Shown: positions 1 to 14,431, counted from the stretch's first letter. The stretch: DNA of 64,000 nt from Centroscyllium fabricii (GCA_051313645.2 JBNRSN020000006.1:68510001-68574000), one strand, 5' to 3'. Notes: generated by a model not told the origin, from the sequence alone. A program made the numbers and translations.

Positions 1-3000
1 GGCGCTCGCGCGGGCTTGCAACAGCCAGGCGATTACGGCTCAGGCCCACGCAGATACACTGGTCCGTGACGCCCTGGTTGCGGGGCTAAGATCCAGCTAC
101 ACCCGCCAACGGCTGTTTGAACATAAGAAACGCGACTTGCAGGGGGCTGTGGACCTCGCACATGCTCTGGAAGCAGCGCATCGACACATGGAGGCATACG
201 ACCAGCCAACGACCTCATGGGCAATAGGGGCGCAGCCACCTCTGATGGTAGGACCAAACCCCGCAGCGCTTCCCCCGCCAACGTCCGCTGCGGTATCCAA
301 CGCCCAGAGATGCTACTTCTGTGGCCACGCGAAGCACCCCAGGCAGCGCTGCCAGGCGAGAGCGGCCACGTGCTAAAGTTGCAAAAAGGGGCACTACGCC
401 AGCATCTGCAAGGCCAGACCCTCCGCCAACACCCAGCAGCACAGCGTGTGGACCAGCGGAGTGGCCATCTTGGAGCAGCCATCTTAACCCGCCGCGTGGT
501 GAGCAAGCGGGAGTCCAATTTGTTTCTTCCACGGCCGCGTGTGAACAATGGCCCGCCATCTTTGATCCGGGCGCTGATTGGCCATTTTGTATCTTCCCGG
601 GATGCGTCTGAACAATGGGCACCGCCATCTTTGATCCGGGCGCCGAGCGACCATTTTATATCTTCCCCGGCCGCATGTGAACAATGGGCGCTGCCATCTT
701 TGATCCGGGTGTCGGCTGATTCTGACCGCGATTTCGACCGACTCCCTCAACTGGCCTCCATCACCCTCGACCAATCGCAACCACACCAGCTCGCCAGGTC
801 CACGATGGACATCAATGTAAACGGCCGCACTACAAACTGCCTTTTTAACTCAGGGAGTACTGAAAGCTTCATCCATCCAAACACAGTGCGGCAGCTTTCC
901 CTCCCGGTACTCCCAGCGCGCCAGCGGATTTCCCTGACCTCCAACGCCAAAACAGCGGAAGTCGGCGGCTGCTGCATCGTTACACTGATGGTATGGGGCA
1001 CCGTGTATGATAACTTCAAACTTTTCATCCTCCTACACCTCTGCGCTGCCATCCTACTCGGGCTAGACTTCCAGAGCCACTTCGACAGCGTCACTATGAA
1101 GTACGGTGGCGCCCTCCTCCCTCTCACTGTCTGTAGCCAGCAGTTTTTAAAGCACCAGCCACGAACTGTCTGCAGCCTCTCAACCCTCAGGGTCGCCCCT
1201 CCTCCACTTTTCGCTAACTTCACCCCCGACTGCAAGCCCATCGCTACCAAAAGCAGTCGCTATAGTATGGGAGATAAACTGTTTATCAAGTCTGAGGTTG
1301 GGAGGCTACTGAAGGAGGGGGTCATCGAGGCCAGCAGCTGCCCCTGTAGAGCCCAGGTCATAGTCGGCAAGACCGGCACAAAGCACTGCCTGGTCATCGA
1401 CTACAGCCAAACCATCACCCGCTTTACGCAGCTGGACGCATACCCCTTGCCATGCATCTCTGACATGGTTAACCAGATTGCGCAGTACTGGGTATTCTCC
1501 ATGATTGAATTAAAGTCGGCCTATCGCCAGCTCCCCATACGTCCCGAAGACCGCCAGTTCACCGCCTTTGAGGCGAACGGCTGTCTTTACCACTTCCTCA
1601 GGGTACCGTTTGGCGTCACCAACGGTGTGTCCGTCTTCCAGTGGGAGATGGACCGTATGGTGGACTAGAACGGGCTGCTGGCTACTTTCCGCTACCTCGA
1701 CAACGTCACTATCTGTGGCCATGATTTGCAGGACCACGACGCCAACCTGGCCTAATTCCTCCAGACTGCCCAACTCCTTAACCTCACTTATAATAAGGAG
1801 AAATGCGTGTTCCGCAACACCCGCCTCGCCATGCTGGGCTGTGTCGTGGAGAATGGGGTCATCGGCCATGACCCTAAACACATGCGCCCCCTCTGGTGTT
1901 TCCCCACCCCCACAGTCCCAAGTCCCTGAAAAGGTGCCTGGGCTTTTTCTCGTACTACGCCCAGTGTGTCCCCCAGTACGCTGACAAAGCCCGCCCCCTC
2001 ATCAAAACCACCTCCTTCCCCCTGGCGGACGAGGATCGCGCAGCCTTTGAGAGCGTCAAGTCAGACATCGGCAAGGCGACCATGCGCGCCGTTGACGAAT
2101 CCATCCCGTTTAAGGTGGAAAGCGACGCCTCCGACTTCGCTCTGGCCGCTACCCTCAATCAGGCGGGGAGACCAGTGGCCTTCTTATGCCACTCCCTCCA
2201 GGGCCCTGAAATCAGACACTCCTCGGTGGAAAAGGAAGCACAGGCCATTGTGCAAGCGGTGCGGCACTGGAGACATTACCTGGCCGGTAAAAGATTCACC
2301 CTGCTCACTGACCTTTAATAACAAACAGCGGGGTAAAATCAAAAATGATAAAATCCTGAGGTGGAGAATTGAACTGTCCACCAATAACAATGACATCTTA
2401 AATCAATGAGCCCTCAGATGCTCTATCACGGTACCTGTGCCAGCGCACAGGTGGATAGATTGCAACCTATCCACGATGACCTCTGCCACCCAGGGCTCAC
2501 ACGTCTCTTCCATTTTGTTAAGTCCCGCAACCTGCCCTACTCCGTTTCATATGTCCAGGACGTTACCAGGCACTGCTCGACCTGTGCTGAGTGCAAACCG
2601 CACTTCTTCAGGCCAGACAGAGCCAGCCTGATAAAGGTCACCCGCCCCTTTGAGCGCCTGAGCATCGACTTCAAAGGGCCCCTCCCCTCCTCCGACTGCA
2701 ATGTATATTTCCTCACTGTTATCGACGAATACTCACATTTCCCCTTCGCCATCCCTTGCCCTCACATGACCACAGCCATGGCCATCAGGTGTCTGCACAG
2801 CATCTTTGCCATGTTTGGCCTCCCCAACTACATCCACAGTGACTGGGGGTCGTCGTTCATAAGCGATGAGCTGCGCCAGTACCTGCTCTCCAAAGGAGTC
2901 ACAACAAGCAGGACCACCAGTTACAACCCCCGGGGCAATGGGCAGGTTGAGAGGGAGAATGGGACAATCTGGGAGGCCACCCTTCGAGCCCTGCGGTCCA

Positions 3001-3660
3001 GGGGCCTCCCAGTCTCCCACTGGCAGGAGGTCCTCCCTGATGCGCTCCATTCCATCCGGTCGATGCTCTGCACTGCGACCAACGCTACACCACACGAGCG
3101 GATGTTTTCCTTCCCCAGGAAGTACACCTCGGCGACCTCACTACCATCGTGGCTGACGTCCCCAGGGCCCATCCTGCTTTGAAAACACGTGAGGGGCCAT
3201 AAGACGGACCCCTTGGTCGAAAGGGTACAGCTCCTCCATGCCAACCCCCAATATGCCTATGTGGCATTCCCCGACGGGCGTGAGGACACCGTCTCCATTA
3301 GAGACCTCACACCTTCGGGTGCCCCTGAGACCACCACCCCACCCACCGTACCTCTCGATGCGACCTTGTCACCATAGTTTTTCTAGCCCCTGTAGGTGGC
3401 GCACCGGGGACCAGGGATCACCGGAGGATGCACGACCTTCCAGCAACTGCCGACTCACCGACAGCCCCCGAGGATCCCACACGGCAACCGGAACTGCGAC
3501 GGGCACAGAGAGCGACCAGACCACCCGAGAGACTGTCTTATCCTGCCTCTGGCAGAAACGCCTCACCCCGCCGGAATCAATCTTAAACAAGGGGTGAATG
3601 TGGTGAACTACTATATTACATTGTTTTGTACACCACTATATGGCTTGGCATTGTATATAG
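1..3660 (+). mobile_element. Ty3/Gypsy LTR retrotransposon A, cut by the window start and decayed: gag end, protease, RT, RNase H, integrase, PPT and start of 3' LTR
   Basis: Gag knuckle CYFCGHAKHPRQRC; protease CLFNSGSTESFI; RT PFGVTNG...YLDN; RNase H VESDASDFALAA; integrase HPG/C..C, FPFAIPC, HSDWGSSF, GNGQVEREN; stops and frameshifts; PPT aaacaaggggtgaa then TG at 3599, interrupted by a LINE tail at 3661. Confidence 0.93.
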
Positions 3661-4905
3661 TTTTTTTTAATTATTCATTGATGGGATGTGGGTGTCGCTG
3701 GCTGGCTAGGCCTGCATTTAGTGCCCATCACTAATTGCCCTTGACAAGATGGTGGCGAGCCACCTTCTTGAACCGCTGCAGTCCATATTGTGTAGGTACA
3801 CCCACAATGTTGTTAGGAAGGGAGTGCCAGGATTTTGGCCCAGCGACATTGAAGGAGCGGCGATACAGGTCCAAGTCAGGATGGTGTGTGGCTTGGAGGG
3901 GAACTTTTGGTGGTGCTGTTCCCATGCGTCTGCTGCCCTTGTCCTTCTAAGTGATAGAGGTCGTGGGTTTGGAAGGTGCTGTTGAAGGAGCTTTGGCAAG
4001 TTGCTGCAGTGCATCTTGTATATGGTACACACTGCAGCCACAGTGCGCCGGTGGTGGAGGGAGTGAATGTTGAAGGTGGTGGATGGAGTGCCAATCAAGC
4101 AGACTGCTTTATCCTGGATGGTGTTGAGCTTCTTGAGTGTTGTTGGAGCTGCACTCATCCAGGCAAGTGGTGAGTATTCCATCACACTTCTGACTTGTGC
4201 CTTGTAGATGGTGGAAAGGCTTTGGGGAGTCAGGAGGTGAGACACTCACCGCAGAATTCCCAGCCTCTGGCCTGCTCTTGTAGCCACAGTATTTATATGG
4301 CTGGTCCAGTTCAGTTTCCGATCAATGGTAACCCCCAGGATGTTGATAGTGGGGTATTCAGCGATGATAATGCCATTGAATGTCAAGGGGAGATGGTTAG
4401 AGTCTCGCTTGTTGGAGATGGTCATTGCCTGGCACTTGTGTGGTGCGAATGTTATTTGCCACTTGTCAGCCCAAGTCTGAATGTTGTCCAGGTCTTGCTG
4501 CATATGGACACAGACTGCGTCAGTATCCAACGAGTCTCGAATGGTGCTGAACAGTGTACAATCATCAGCAAACATCCCTGTTATATATTGGTAGAGTCTG
4601 CACTCCCCTTAAGGGCTGTGATACTTGGAATGTTCCATCACCAAGGGATGCTGGGTAAACCCAGCATCTAGGGTTGTATAATGGCTGCCATACAATAAAC
4701 TAGTTGATGTTCAGGAAGGCTCTGTGTGTCCTCATTATTAGATATAACAATCCCCACTTCTGACCTTATGATGGAGGGAAGGTCATTGATGAAACAGCTG
4801 AAGATGGTTTGGCCGAGGACACTGCCCTGAGGAACTCCTGCAGTGATGTCCTGTGGTTGAGATGAATGACCACCAACAACCACAGCCAACTTCCTTTGTG
4901 TTACG
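3661..4905 (-). mobile_element. CR1/L2-group LINE 3' part (RT C-terminus), interrupted by a solo LTR
   Basis: Minus-strand [32 protein letters not shown]; poly-T tail at 3661; same family at 36110-36818 and 54700-55015. Confidence 0.88.
4579..4749 (+). mobile_element. Solo LTR (171 bp)
   Basis: TGTTATAT...ATATAACA inverted ends, AATAAA, 5-bp TSD atccc (4574-4578 / 4750-4754). Confidence 0.88.
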
Positions 4906-5157
4906 TGTGGTGAACCATGGTATTGCACTGTATATATTTAACTACACTGGGGGTATAGGTTACCTCTTGCCCACCTGATATCCACCTGGGAGGACTCAGC
5001 TGACTCCACCCACAGACTGCCATATAAAAGTGGCAGCACGGCTGACCTTGTGGCATTTCGGGATGGGTTAACGACAAGACCTGTACTCCACTTCTTTAGG
5101 TAATAAAAGCCTCAGTTATATTCTTAACCTCGCCCCGAGTATAATTGATCGTGCATC
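4906..5157 (+). mobile_element. LTR related to the element E LTR
   Basis: Starts tgtggtgaacc; TATAAAA; 3' part aataaaagcctcagtt...ataattgatcgtgcatc closely matches 61030-61085; no TSD seen. Confidence 0.8.
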
Positions 5158-6094
5158 CGAGGTCGAACTCCAAACCATCGTCAACACCTTCACCAAAGCA
5201 TACGAGAGCACGGGCCGTACACTAAACATCCATCAGACAAAGGTCCTCTACCAACCTGCCCCCGCCACACAGTACTGCCCCCCGATTATCAAAATCCACG
5301 ACAAGGCCTTGGGCAACGTGGGCTACTTTCCATACCTCGGGAGCCTACTGTCAACAAGGGCAGACATTGATGATGAAGTCCAACATCGTCTTCAGTGTGC
5401 CAGTGCAGCATTTGGTTGCCTGAGGAAGAGAATGTTTGAGGACCATGACCTCAAACCTTGCACCAAGCTCATGGTTTACAGAACAGTAGTGATAACCACC
5501 CTCCCGTATGCCTCAGAGAAATGGGCCATGTATAGCACTGGAGATGTACCGCCAATGTTGCCTCCACAGGATCGTGCAGATCCACTGGCAGGATCGGCGC
5601 ACCAGCGTCAGTGTTCTCAGTCAAGCCAACATCCCCAGCATCGAAGCTTTGACCACGCTCGATCAGCTCCGATGGACGAGTCTCATCGTCCCCATGTCCG
5701 ATACGAGACTCACAGCAAGCGCTCTACTCAGAGCTCTGACATGGCAAGAGAGCCGCAGGTGGACAGAGGAAATACTTCAAGGAGACCCTCAAAGCCTCCT
5801 TGAAAAAGTATAACACCCCCACCGACACCTGGGAATCCCTGGCCCAAGACCGCACAAAGTGGAGGAGAAGCATCCGGGAAGGCGCTGAACACCTCGAGTC
5901 TCTTCGCCGGGAGCAAGCGGAACCAAGCTCAAGCAGCCAAGGAGTGCATGTCAACCCAAGCACCCCACCCTCCTTCGTCTTCAACCACCTGTGACAGAGA
6001 CTGTAGGGCCCTCATTGGACTCATCAGTCACCTGAGAACCCATTTTTAATGTGGAAGCAAGTCATCCTCGGTTCCGAGGGACTGCCTAAGAAGA
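5158..6094 (+). mobile_element. RTE-clade LINE 3' fragment
   Basis: ELQTIVNTF..., YFPYLGSLLS...RLQCASAAFG, WQDRRTSVSVL, WESLAQDRTKWR; ends gactgcctaagaaga. Confidence 0.85.
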
Positions 6095-6510
6095 CACTCA
6101 CCTCTGAGTCAGAAGGTTGTTGGTTCAAGTCCCACTCCAGGAACTTAAGCACATAAAGCTAGGCTGACACTCCAGTACAGTTCTGAGGGAGAGCTGCACT
6201 GCCGGAGATGCCGTCTTTTAGATGAGTCGCAGGTGGATGTAAAAAATCCCATGGCACTATTTCGAAGAAGAGCAGGGGAGTTATCCCCAGTGTCCTGGCC
6301 AATATTTATCCCTCAAGCAACATAACAAAAACAGATTACCTGGTCATTATCACATTGCTGTTTGGGGTAGCTTGGTGTGGCAAATTGGCTGCTGCATTTC
6401 CCACATTACAACAGTGACTCCACTTCAAATAGTACTTCATTGACTGTAAAGTGCTTTGAGACATCCGGTGGACGTGAAAGGCGCTACATAAATGCAAACC
6501 TTTCTTACTT
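6095..6510 (+). mobile_element. DeuSINE (SacSINE1/AmnSINE1-like) with L2-type tail
   Basis: tRNA-like head with B box ggttcaagtccc; Deu-like core ggatgtaaaaaatcccatggcactatt...gtgtcctggccaa; tail ctgtaaag...aggcgcta resembles the L2 tail at about 20490-20545. Confidence 0.75.
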
Positions 6511-6639
6511 CATCATACTCCTGCACTTCTACCTCCTGTGGCAGCTGCACGGCTTGGACCTTATGAATGGCCTAACTGTGCAACAAGCGGAAAGCCACAA
6601 CAAATCTGGAGACTAGCTCCAGGTTAAACTGCAGGACTC

Positions 6640-7465
6640 CATTGGATCAGTCCAGGCACCAACATGTTGCTTTAGGATGCCTATGGGTAACACAATGAGA
6701 GCTCTGGTTGGTGTGGCTCCCATTATATTGGTGCTTAGCATCTGTGCCTAGGTTCTCTAGGTCTGGGTCAAAGACAAGGGACATTGAGGATTGGCGCAGT
6801 ATGACTATTGCCAGAAAACTGGGTACAGATCTGCATTATTCACTTCATATGGTCACAGATCAGCTGAACATTTAGGGGGTGGAACCCCCTTCCTGTTGTA
6901 AAACATAGCTGTTTTTTGATGGGGAGAATGCAGGACAATGTGTGTGCAGTCAATGAGGCCTTGGACCTGGTAAAATCTAGAGATGTGAGCAAATCCAAAA
7001 GCTCTGTCCTCCGGAACCTCAGCCTGCATTGGGAAAGTGATGTATTGCTGTTTTCTTGTGAAGAGGGCATCCATCACTTGCTTGATGACAATGTGGACAG
7101 CAAACTGACTGATGTTGCTGGTATTGCCTATTGCAGCCTGGGTTGAGCCTGTCTGTAGAAGTTCAGAGCCACCTTAACCTTCACATTCACAGGCAGCGCT
7201 GTGTGTGTCCTGGTGTTTGGCTCCAATTCCTGCTCCGGCAAGTAACACAGGTCAATTATTGCTTGCTTGCTGAAAAGCAGACTTCTCATACACTGCTTCT
7301 CTGCCATGTTGTGAAACACCCACATGCTGTAATGTCTCCTTGACCGTTGCCTCCTTGATTTCTTCTTTGAGCCTCCAGTGAAGATTTCTTCTTCTGTGCT
7401 TCTGTGTTTGCCGCTGCCGCTGTGGTGGTACCCTCAATGGTAATCACAGCAAAAGTCCCATTGTT
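6640..7465 (-). pseudogene. PIF/Harbinger transposase remnant
   Basis: Frameshifted pieces ALPVNVKVKVALNFY, VQGLIDCTHI, FYNRKG..LNVQLICDH. Confidence 0.85.
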
Positions 7466-7559
7466 TCCAGTACTCCTGCAGCCAATGAATTAAATCAGAG
7501 CAGCTGTAGCCAAACATCAGCTCTCCAACAGCTCTGCAATATCAAAACTAACAAAACAA

Positions 7560-8727
7560 GACAGGGCTCAGTATTAAGTCCCTTGTTTATTGTGGTATAT
7601 ATCAATGATCTAGACTTGAATACAGGGAGTATGTTTAAGAAGTTTGCAGATTGTACAAAAATGGCAGACTGGCCACAAAGTTAAAAGCCCATGGGATCCA
7701 GGGCAAAGTGTCAAGTTGGATTCAAAACTGGCTCGGAGGCAGGAAGCAGAGGGTAATGGGTGATGGGTGTTTTTGTGACTGGAAGGCTTTTTCCAGTGGG
7801 GTTTCGCAAGGCTCAGTACTGGGTCCCTTGCATTTTGTGGTATACATCAATGATCTAGACTTGAATATAGGGGGTATGATTACAAAGTTTGCAGATGATA
7901 CTAAAATCGGCTGTGTGGTTGATACCGACGAAGGAAGCTGTAGACTGCAGGAAGATATCAATAAATTGGTCAGGTGGCAGAACAGTGGCAAATGGAATTC
8001 AATCCGGAGAAGTGTGAGGTAATGCATTTGGGGAGGACTAACAAGGAAAGGGAATACACATTAAATGGTAGGACACTGAGTAATGTAGAGGAACAAAGGG
8101 ACCTTGGAGTGCATGTCCACAGATCCCTGAAGGTAGCAGGCCAGGTAGATAAAGTGGTTAAGAAGGCATATGGAATGCTTGCCTTTATTAGCCATGGCAT
8201 AGAATACAAGAGCAGGAGGGGTTATGCTTCAACTGTACATTACAGGAAAGATGTGATTGCACTAGAGAGGGTACAGAGGAGATTTACAAGGATATTGCCG
8301 TGAGTGGAGAATCTTAGCTATGAGGAAAGACTGGATAGGCTGGATTTGTTTTCCTTGGAACAGAGGAGGCTGAGGGGAGAACTTAATGAGGTGCATAAAA
8401 TTATGAGGGGTCTAGCTAAAGTGGATAGAAAGGACCTATTTCCCTCAGCAGACAGGTCAAAAACCAGGTGGCACAGATTTAAAGTAATTGGTGGAAAGTT
8501 TAGAGGGGATTTGAGGGGAAATGTCTTCACCCAGAGGGTTGTGGGGGTCTGGAACTCACTGCCTGAAAGGGTGGTAGAGGCTGAAACAATAACCACATTT
8601 TAAAAGTACTTGGATGGGAAGTTGGGATGCTGTAACCTGCAGGGGTACGGACCAAGAACTGGGAAGTGGGATTAGGCTGGGTAGCTCATTGTTGGCCTGC
8701 GCGGACACGATGAACCGAAATGGCCTC
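7560..8727 (+). mobile_element. CR1 (HER1-like) LINE 3' fragment
   Basis: SGVSQGSVLGP, KFADDTKIG, KCEVMHLGR, FTQRVVGVWNSLP. Confidence 0.9.
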
Positions 8728-10865
8728 CAGAGATCGATGACATATTCGCCTCATTGGCAGGGGTAAACATTTCAGCAAAATTGACCTGTCCCAAGCTTAT
8801 TTGCAGATGGAGGTGGAACCGGAGTCCAGGAAGCTGTTGACGATAAACACACACAAAGGGTTGTACCAATATATGGTATTTGGGATAGCGTCAGCCCCAG
8901 CTATATGGCAGAGGACCATGGACCAAGTATTACAGGACATCCCAGGGAGACAATGTTACCTGGATGACATATTAGTGACAGGGGAAACAGACGGGGAACA
9001 CCTGGCCAACCTGGAAAAGGTACTAGATAGGCTAAAAGAATATGGCCTGCGGGCAAACCGACAAAAATGTGATTTTTTTTAAAGACTGCATCTCATATTG
9101 TGGCCATGGGATAGACAGAGAGGGCCTACACAAGTCCCCAGAAAAGATCGCAGCGGTAGGAAAAGCCCCGCCCCCAGAAAACATGTCACAGCCCAGAGAT
9201 TACAGAGATGGGCATTGTTCCTGGGGGCGCACCAATATACGATAGAATATAAGGGGACAAGACAGCACGGCAATGCCGATGGCCTATCGCGACTGCCAAT
9301 GCCTGAAACCGCTGAGGATACACACCAAGACTTCTTAGAAATGTACCACACGGCAGTGCTCGAATACTTACCAGTTACGAGCCAACAAATCGAGCGCGAA
9401 ACCAGGAATGACCCCGCCTTGGCAAAGATATATGAAACCACAATAAAAGGATGGTCCAAGGAGGAGCAAACCTTATGGCCGGCGTATGCGGCAAGGAAAG
9501 ACCAACGGTATGCCAGGGCACCCTAATGTGTGGGGCCAGAGTAGTTATACTGCAGAAACTACAGAAGAAAGTCCTGGTGGACCTGCACGTATGGTGGCCA
9601 GGAGTAGATAAGGACATAGGGCTGTTGGCAAAAGAATGCCAAGGGAGTCAGAAAGTACAGAACGCACCTCCTCAGGCACCACTACACCCATGGGAATGGC
9701 CATTATCACCGTGGCAGAGAATCCACATCGAATTTGCGGGGCCGTTCATGGGCACCATGTTCCTAATAGTCGTGGACGCCCACTCAAAATGACCAGAGGT
9801 GATACAGATGTCATCAACCACAGCGGAAAAGACGGTAATGGTACTCTGGACCATGTTTGCCAGGAACGGGATTCCTTAGCAAATTTGCTCCGATAATGGC
9901 CCCCAGTTCGTGTCGCAAGAATTTAGGTTGTTCCTAAAAAGGAACGGGATACGACACTACACGTCAGTACCATACCATCTGGCTACGAACGGGTTGGCCA
10001 AGAGATTTGAGCAGACGTTTAAAAAGGCAATCAAATCCATGGGGGAAGTGAAGCTGCCCCTACAGCATAAGATAGATAATTTCCTGTTTTCCTACCGCAA
10101 CGCCGCACGTGCAGTAACTAACCACGCACCTGCAGGTTTGTTTTATAACAGGAGGCTACGAACCCGGCTGGACCTACTGAAGCCGAACATCTGGAGGGAT
10201 GTGGAAAACCGGGTGTTCCGCAAGGCTGCGGAGAGGGAAACCAGGAGTTTCGTGGTTGGACAACTAGTCATGGCCCGGGACTACTGAAACGACAAATGGC
10301 AACCAGGAACCATCAAGGCCAGACAGGGGCCATTGACATACACCGTGGACACGGACGAAGGACACATCAAGCGCCACGTAGACCAAATCGTGGGGGCTGG
10401 AGGAGAGACGGTGTCCGCGGAACGTTCGTGGCCACCCAACAACCTGGAGGATTTCACCTCAGACAAAGAGGCGACTGAAAAGACGCCCAGGATTCCGCCG
10501 GCTCCGGCTGGAGAGGCGCCCAGGAGCACACTGACGCCGGTCATCGGAAGAAAATATGCGTTGCGAGAGTGGAGACCTCCCCAGAGACTGAACATTTGAG
10601 TAACATCGTTAATCAGACTGTATGTAAATAGTTAGCCAACCGCGTTAGATCTCCCTTGGTGTACATATCATAAGTGTACAAGTAAAATAAGATGGGAGGA
10701 ATGTTGTGTATGTAACCTACTGTAATACCACATTCCACCACCACTGTATATAAGGTGGAGCACTTGACCCCAGTTACCCTTCTGCTGACCTGAAGTAAAG
10801 ACCGTTGATCCACAGCATCTTGAGTCGAGTCTTACTTTAACAGAATTAAAATCACGGACGTAACA
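8728..10865 (+). mobile_element. Ty3/Gypsy fragment of a different family (RT, RNase H, integrase) with 3' LTR 10702-10865
   Basis: FGIASAPAIWQ, CYLDDILV, HGNADGLSRLP, PWQRIHIEFAGP, SDNGPQF; PPT aagatgggaggaa; LTR TGTTG...TAACA. Confidence 0.88.
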
Positions 10866-12332
10866 GCGGCCATCGCTTTTTCTGCGCACTTGTGGTGCGG
10901 GATGTCTCTCCTTGAAATTGGTAAGTGGATCTCCAATTTTGCACCCACAAACTTGGTGAAATGCAAATGAATTTGTACCCCTAGGACACATGATGAATGT
11001 ACTCCTTTTCTGTCTATTGAATGTTTATCCTTTCATATCAATGCCATGTGACAACTCCCTTATGTTTCACAGTTCTCACATGAACTTTATTACACTCGTC
11101 AGAGCAGGTGGCGCCTCTTTACTGAATCAACACTCTGGTGTCCTTGCAATCAACACCGGGAAACATCAAACATCTTTCACCCAGAACATTCTTACCTTTC
11201 TGATAACTATTCACCTTTGGGAGTCTGTCAATTTACAGGTCTACAGACACCCTCTAACACATCTAATCTCAGCATTTCCCACAAAGACTTTTGCTCAAAT
11301 GTCCCAGACATTGTATAGCTGTTTCAAAATATTAACGTTTAGATTTAATTAATTATGTTTCTCAAATGAAAAGTTAAATTTTCACAGTTACAATAATATA
11401 TATATATATAAAGGCATAGCATTGACAGTATTACACTAGCAAACTTCATGATATTCTGCTGTTACCTTGATTAACCCTTTTCCATTGTGGTTTAATATAT
11501 TCATCCAAAGTTTTAACCAACATTAGTGAAAAATAACTCCATACGATTAGCAGAACTGAACCTATGACTAGCACTTAAAGGGGTTAACATAATTATTCAC
11601 TTCCCAAAGAGATTGGAAATATACAATAGTTTCATTGTGCATAATTTTGAAATCTTCAGAAACAGTGATAAACAGGTTTTTGAAAACTCATATCTGTCAG
11701 AGACCGAACCCTTTAATATCGCTGCCAACGTGGATTCTTCATAAAGATGCAGTATGTAACTGTCAATGATGTTTATTACTCCAATGAATGTTTCAGTATA
11801 AAACATCAAGCTACTCTTTGCACATCCCCCTGCTACTTAAAACTGGCATTTTTATTTCAAATGAGCCTCGAGGCATGGAAGTTATGAAAACTGATAAACT
11901 CTAATGCTGTCACTATAAGTAGTTTTTGAACATAGAAAGTGATCATTAAGTGAAACAAGAAACAGATTCCAGCAGTCTTCTATGTAATAACTGTTGAAAT
12001 GGATGTTGCCATTGCTATTATTGTATTAATTGGACTATAATTGTCTTTATACTAAGATTTTAATCTAGAATGCTAGCGTGATGGAGCAAAGTTCTGGCTT
12101 GCTTTAAATCAAAATTTCAATATATCTTTTCCACATGTGAATTTAAAATAAAACTCTGTTAGCTGCTTTCTGAAAGGACTTTGTCATTATGTGAGGTGAG
12201 TGAGTTAAAGAATTGCACAATTTCTCTTTAGGCATGTATACATTATTGTGGGGGTTATCTGCCCTGTGGAACATCCTTAAATGTCAATTACATTGGGAAT
12301 TCTCATCTGGCTTTAAAATGTCCGTTCCATGC

Positions 12333-12588
12333 TGTGGTAAACCACTGTATTGTATATATTGTGTTATAGTTTACTATACCTGTTCGTATATAACCTGCCT
12401 GGGCATGCCCCTGCTGACTCCGCCTGTGGCTCCTCCCCCGGACCCAGGTATAAGGCTGGCCGTCTCCCAACCCCCACTCAGTCTTGGACCAGTCGATGAG
12501 CAGAGGTATGCTCCTGTTCTTTAGCTAATAAAAGCCTATTGTTTATTCACATAACTTCTAGTCTTTTGAGCTTATTGATAGCGCATCA
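12333..12588 (+). mobile_element. Solo LTR of the A-E lineage
   Basis: tgtggtaaacc...gcgcatca; TATAA; aataaaagcc; 5-bp TSD catgc (12328-12332 / 12589-12593). Confidence 0.92.
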
Positions 12589-13399
12589 CATGCAAAGCTT
12601 GCAAACACATAATGGTCACCAAGTTGTTCTCTAGAAGAAGCTATTTGGCATGCAAGTTAGGTATTAGATGGCAGCAAGATCATTCGAAGTACCAGAAGTC
12701 AGTAGTTCACTCTAACTAAAATCTAATGAATGCACTTTTAAATGCATTGGGTGATACCCCTCTTTGATCTGGAATATTAAAGTCCTGTTTAGAGGTGTGA
12801 AAGCTTGATAGCTTTTCCCTGTTCAGCATTTCTGTTTTCAAGTTACGATAAAAGAAGATTTCGAACATTTGCTTATCTGCAAGACAGTTTAAAATTGTGT
12901 CAACTAAGCATTTGCATTGCTGATTATTCTGCTGTATGTCTTTTGTTTATCTATAATCTTATTCCTTTTAAATATATTTAACCTATAGCTTCAGCTGGAC
13001 GTTGTGATTTGAAAGTGTGCCATTTTTCTCACATAAACAGAGGCGGGCAATTTGTGCAATCTCCAATGTGAGATAGCTTCCAAAACGGTAATTGTTAATC
13101 CCGTGGCACGGTAACCACTGTTAACAAAAGGCTGTGCATTTCCGAGGGTGGATCTGTTAATGAAAGCTGCATTTTTCTGTGAACATGGATAAAGAGAGCT
13201 GGATGAGAGCCTAGAATGTAACAGCCAGAACAGATTAACAAAGACTACACCAATACAATACAAGCTGTGATTTTACAGGCACTTGCTTAAATGTTATGTC
13301 AGCAGCTTATAACTTGATAATTCAACTTTACATTTTGAAATGCATCAGAAATACGCCTCATTTTAAACATCTCCCAGTTTATGCTACTGAAAAGGTTAC

Positions 13400-13927
13400 A
13401 CATCTTCGAGTACTGTGCACAGTTCTGGTCTCCACATTATAAACATTAGATAGAGGCACTGGAGAAGGTGAAAAACAGATTTACAAGGATGATACTAGAA
13501 CTGGAAGGTTCTACCTATCAGGAAAAATTGAACAGGCTCAGGCTCTTTTTTCTAGAAAACTGAAGGCTGAGGGGTGACCAGATAGAGGTCTTTAAGATTA
13601 TGAAAGGGTTTGATTGGGTAGACAAAGAGATGTTTCCACTTGTGGGGAGAGACCAAAACTAGGGGCCATAAATATAAGATAATCACTATGAATCTAATAG
13701 GAAATTCAAGAGAATCTTCTTTACCCAAAGAGTGGTTTGAATGTGGAACTCACTACCACAGGGAGTGGTTGAGGCGAATAGCATAGATACATTTAAGGGG
13801 TGGCTAGATAAACACATGAAGGAGAAGGTTATGCTGATAGGGTTAGATGAAGAGGGGTGCGAGGAGGCTTGGGTGGTGCATAAAAGCCAGCATAGAATAC
13901 TTGGACTGAATGGCCTGTAAATTCTAT
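13400..13927 (+). mobile_element. Old CR1 LINE 3' end
   Basis: EYCAQFWSP-like and FTQRVV..WNSLP-like sequence; attctat tail into which the Harbinger inserted. Confidence 0.82.
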
Positions 13928-14431
13928 GGGGTCGATTTTCACAGGAGGCGGGCTTGGAAGTGTGCGGGGGGTTAAACTCACAAAAACTAGTGGGCGGGAC
14001 CCCCCCTCCTGGTTCCCGACTCTGAGCTACTTTTACTCAGGCATGCCTGATGGTCCCAAATCCGTCCCACATCCAACAGGCCTTTAATCATCACTAAATG
14101 GCCTCTATAATCACATTTTAACAGTCCATTGCAATTTTAACCCTTTTCCCACGTAAAACGTGCCTGGTGGGAATCACACCTGTGAAACCTGGCAGGAGCA
14201 CTATTGGCTTGCTGTCTATCAGCTGCAGGTCAACCATTAAAGAGGAGATTTGATCAGCCATCATTTGCAGGTGGCAGGACTTTGTTGTTTCAGGCCTGGG
14301 GCAACTTTTACCAGGCTCAACCACACCTGTAGAAGGTTGGAGCCTCACACACATCTCCAGTGTGAACTCCTTGGAAATTCCTCTCGCCACCTTCACTCAG
14401 CACACCTTCAACGGAGGCATATGCCAGAAGC

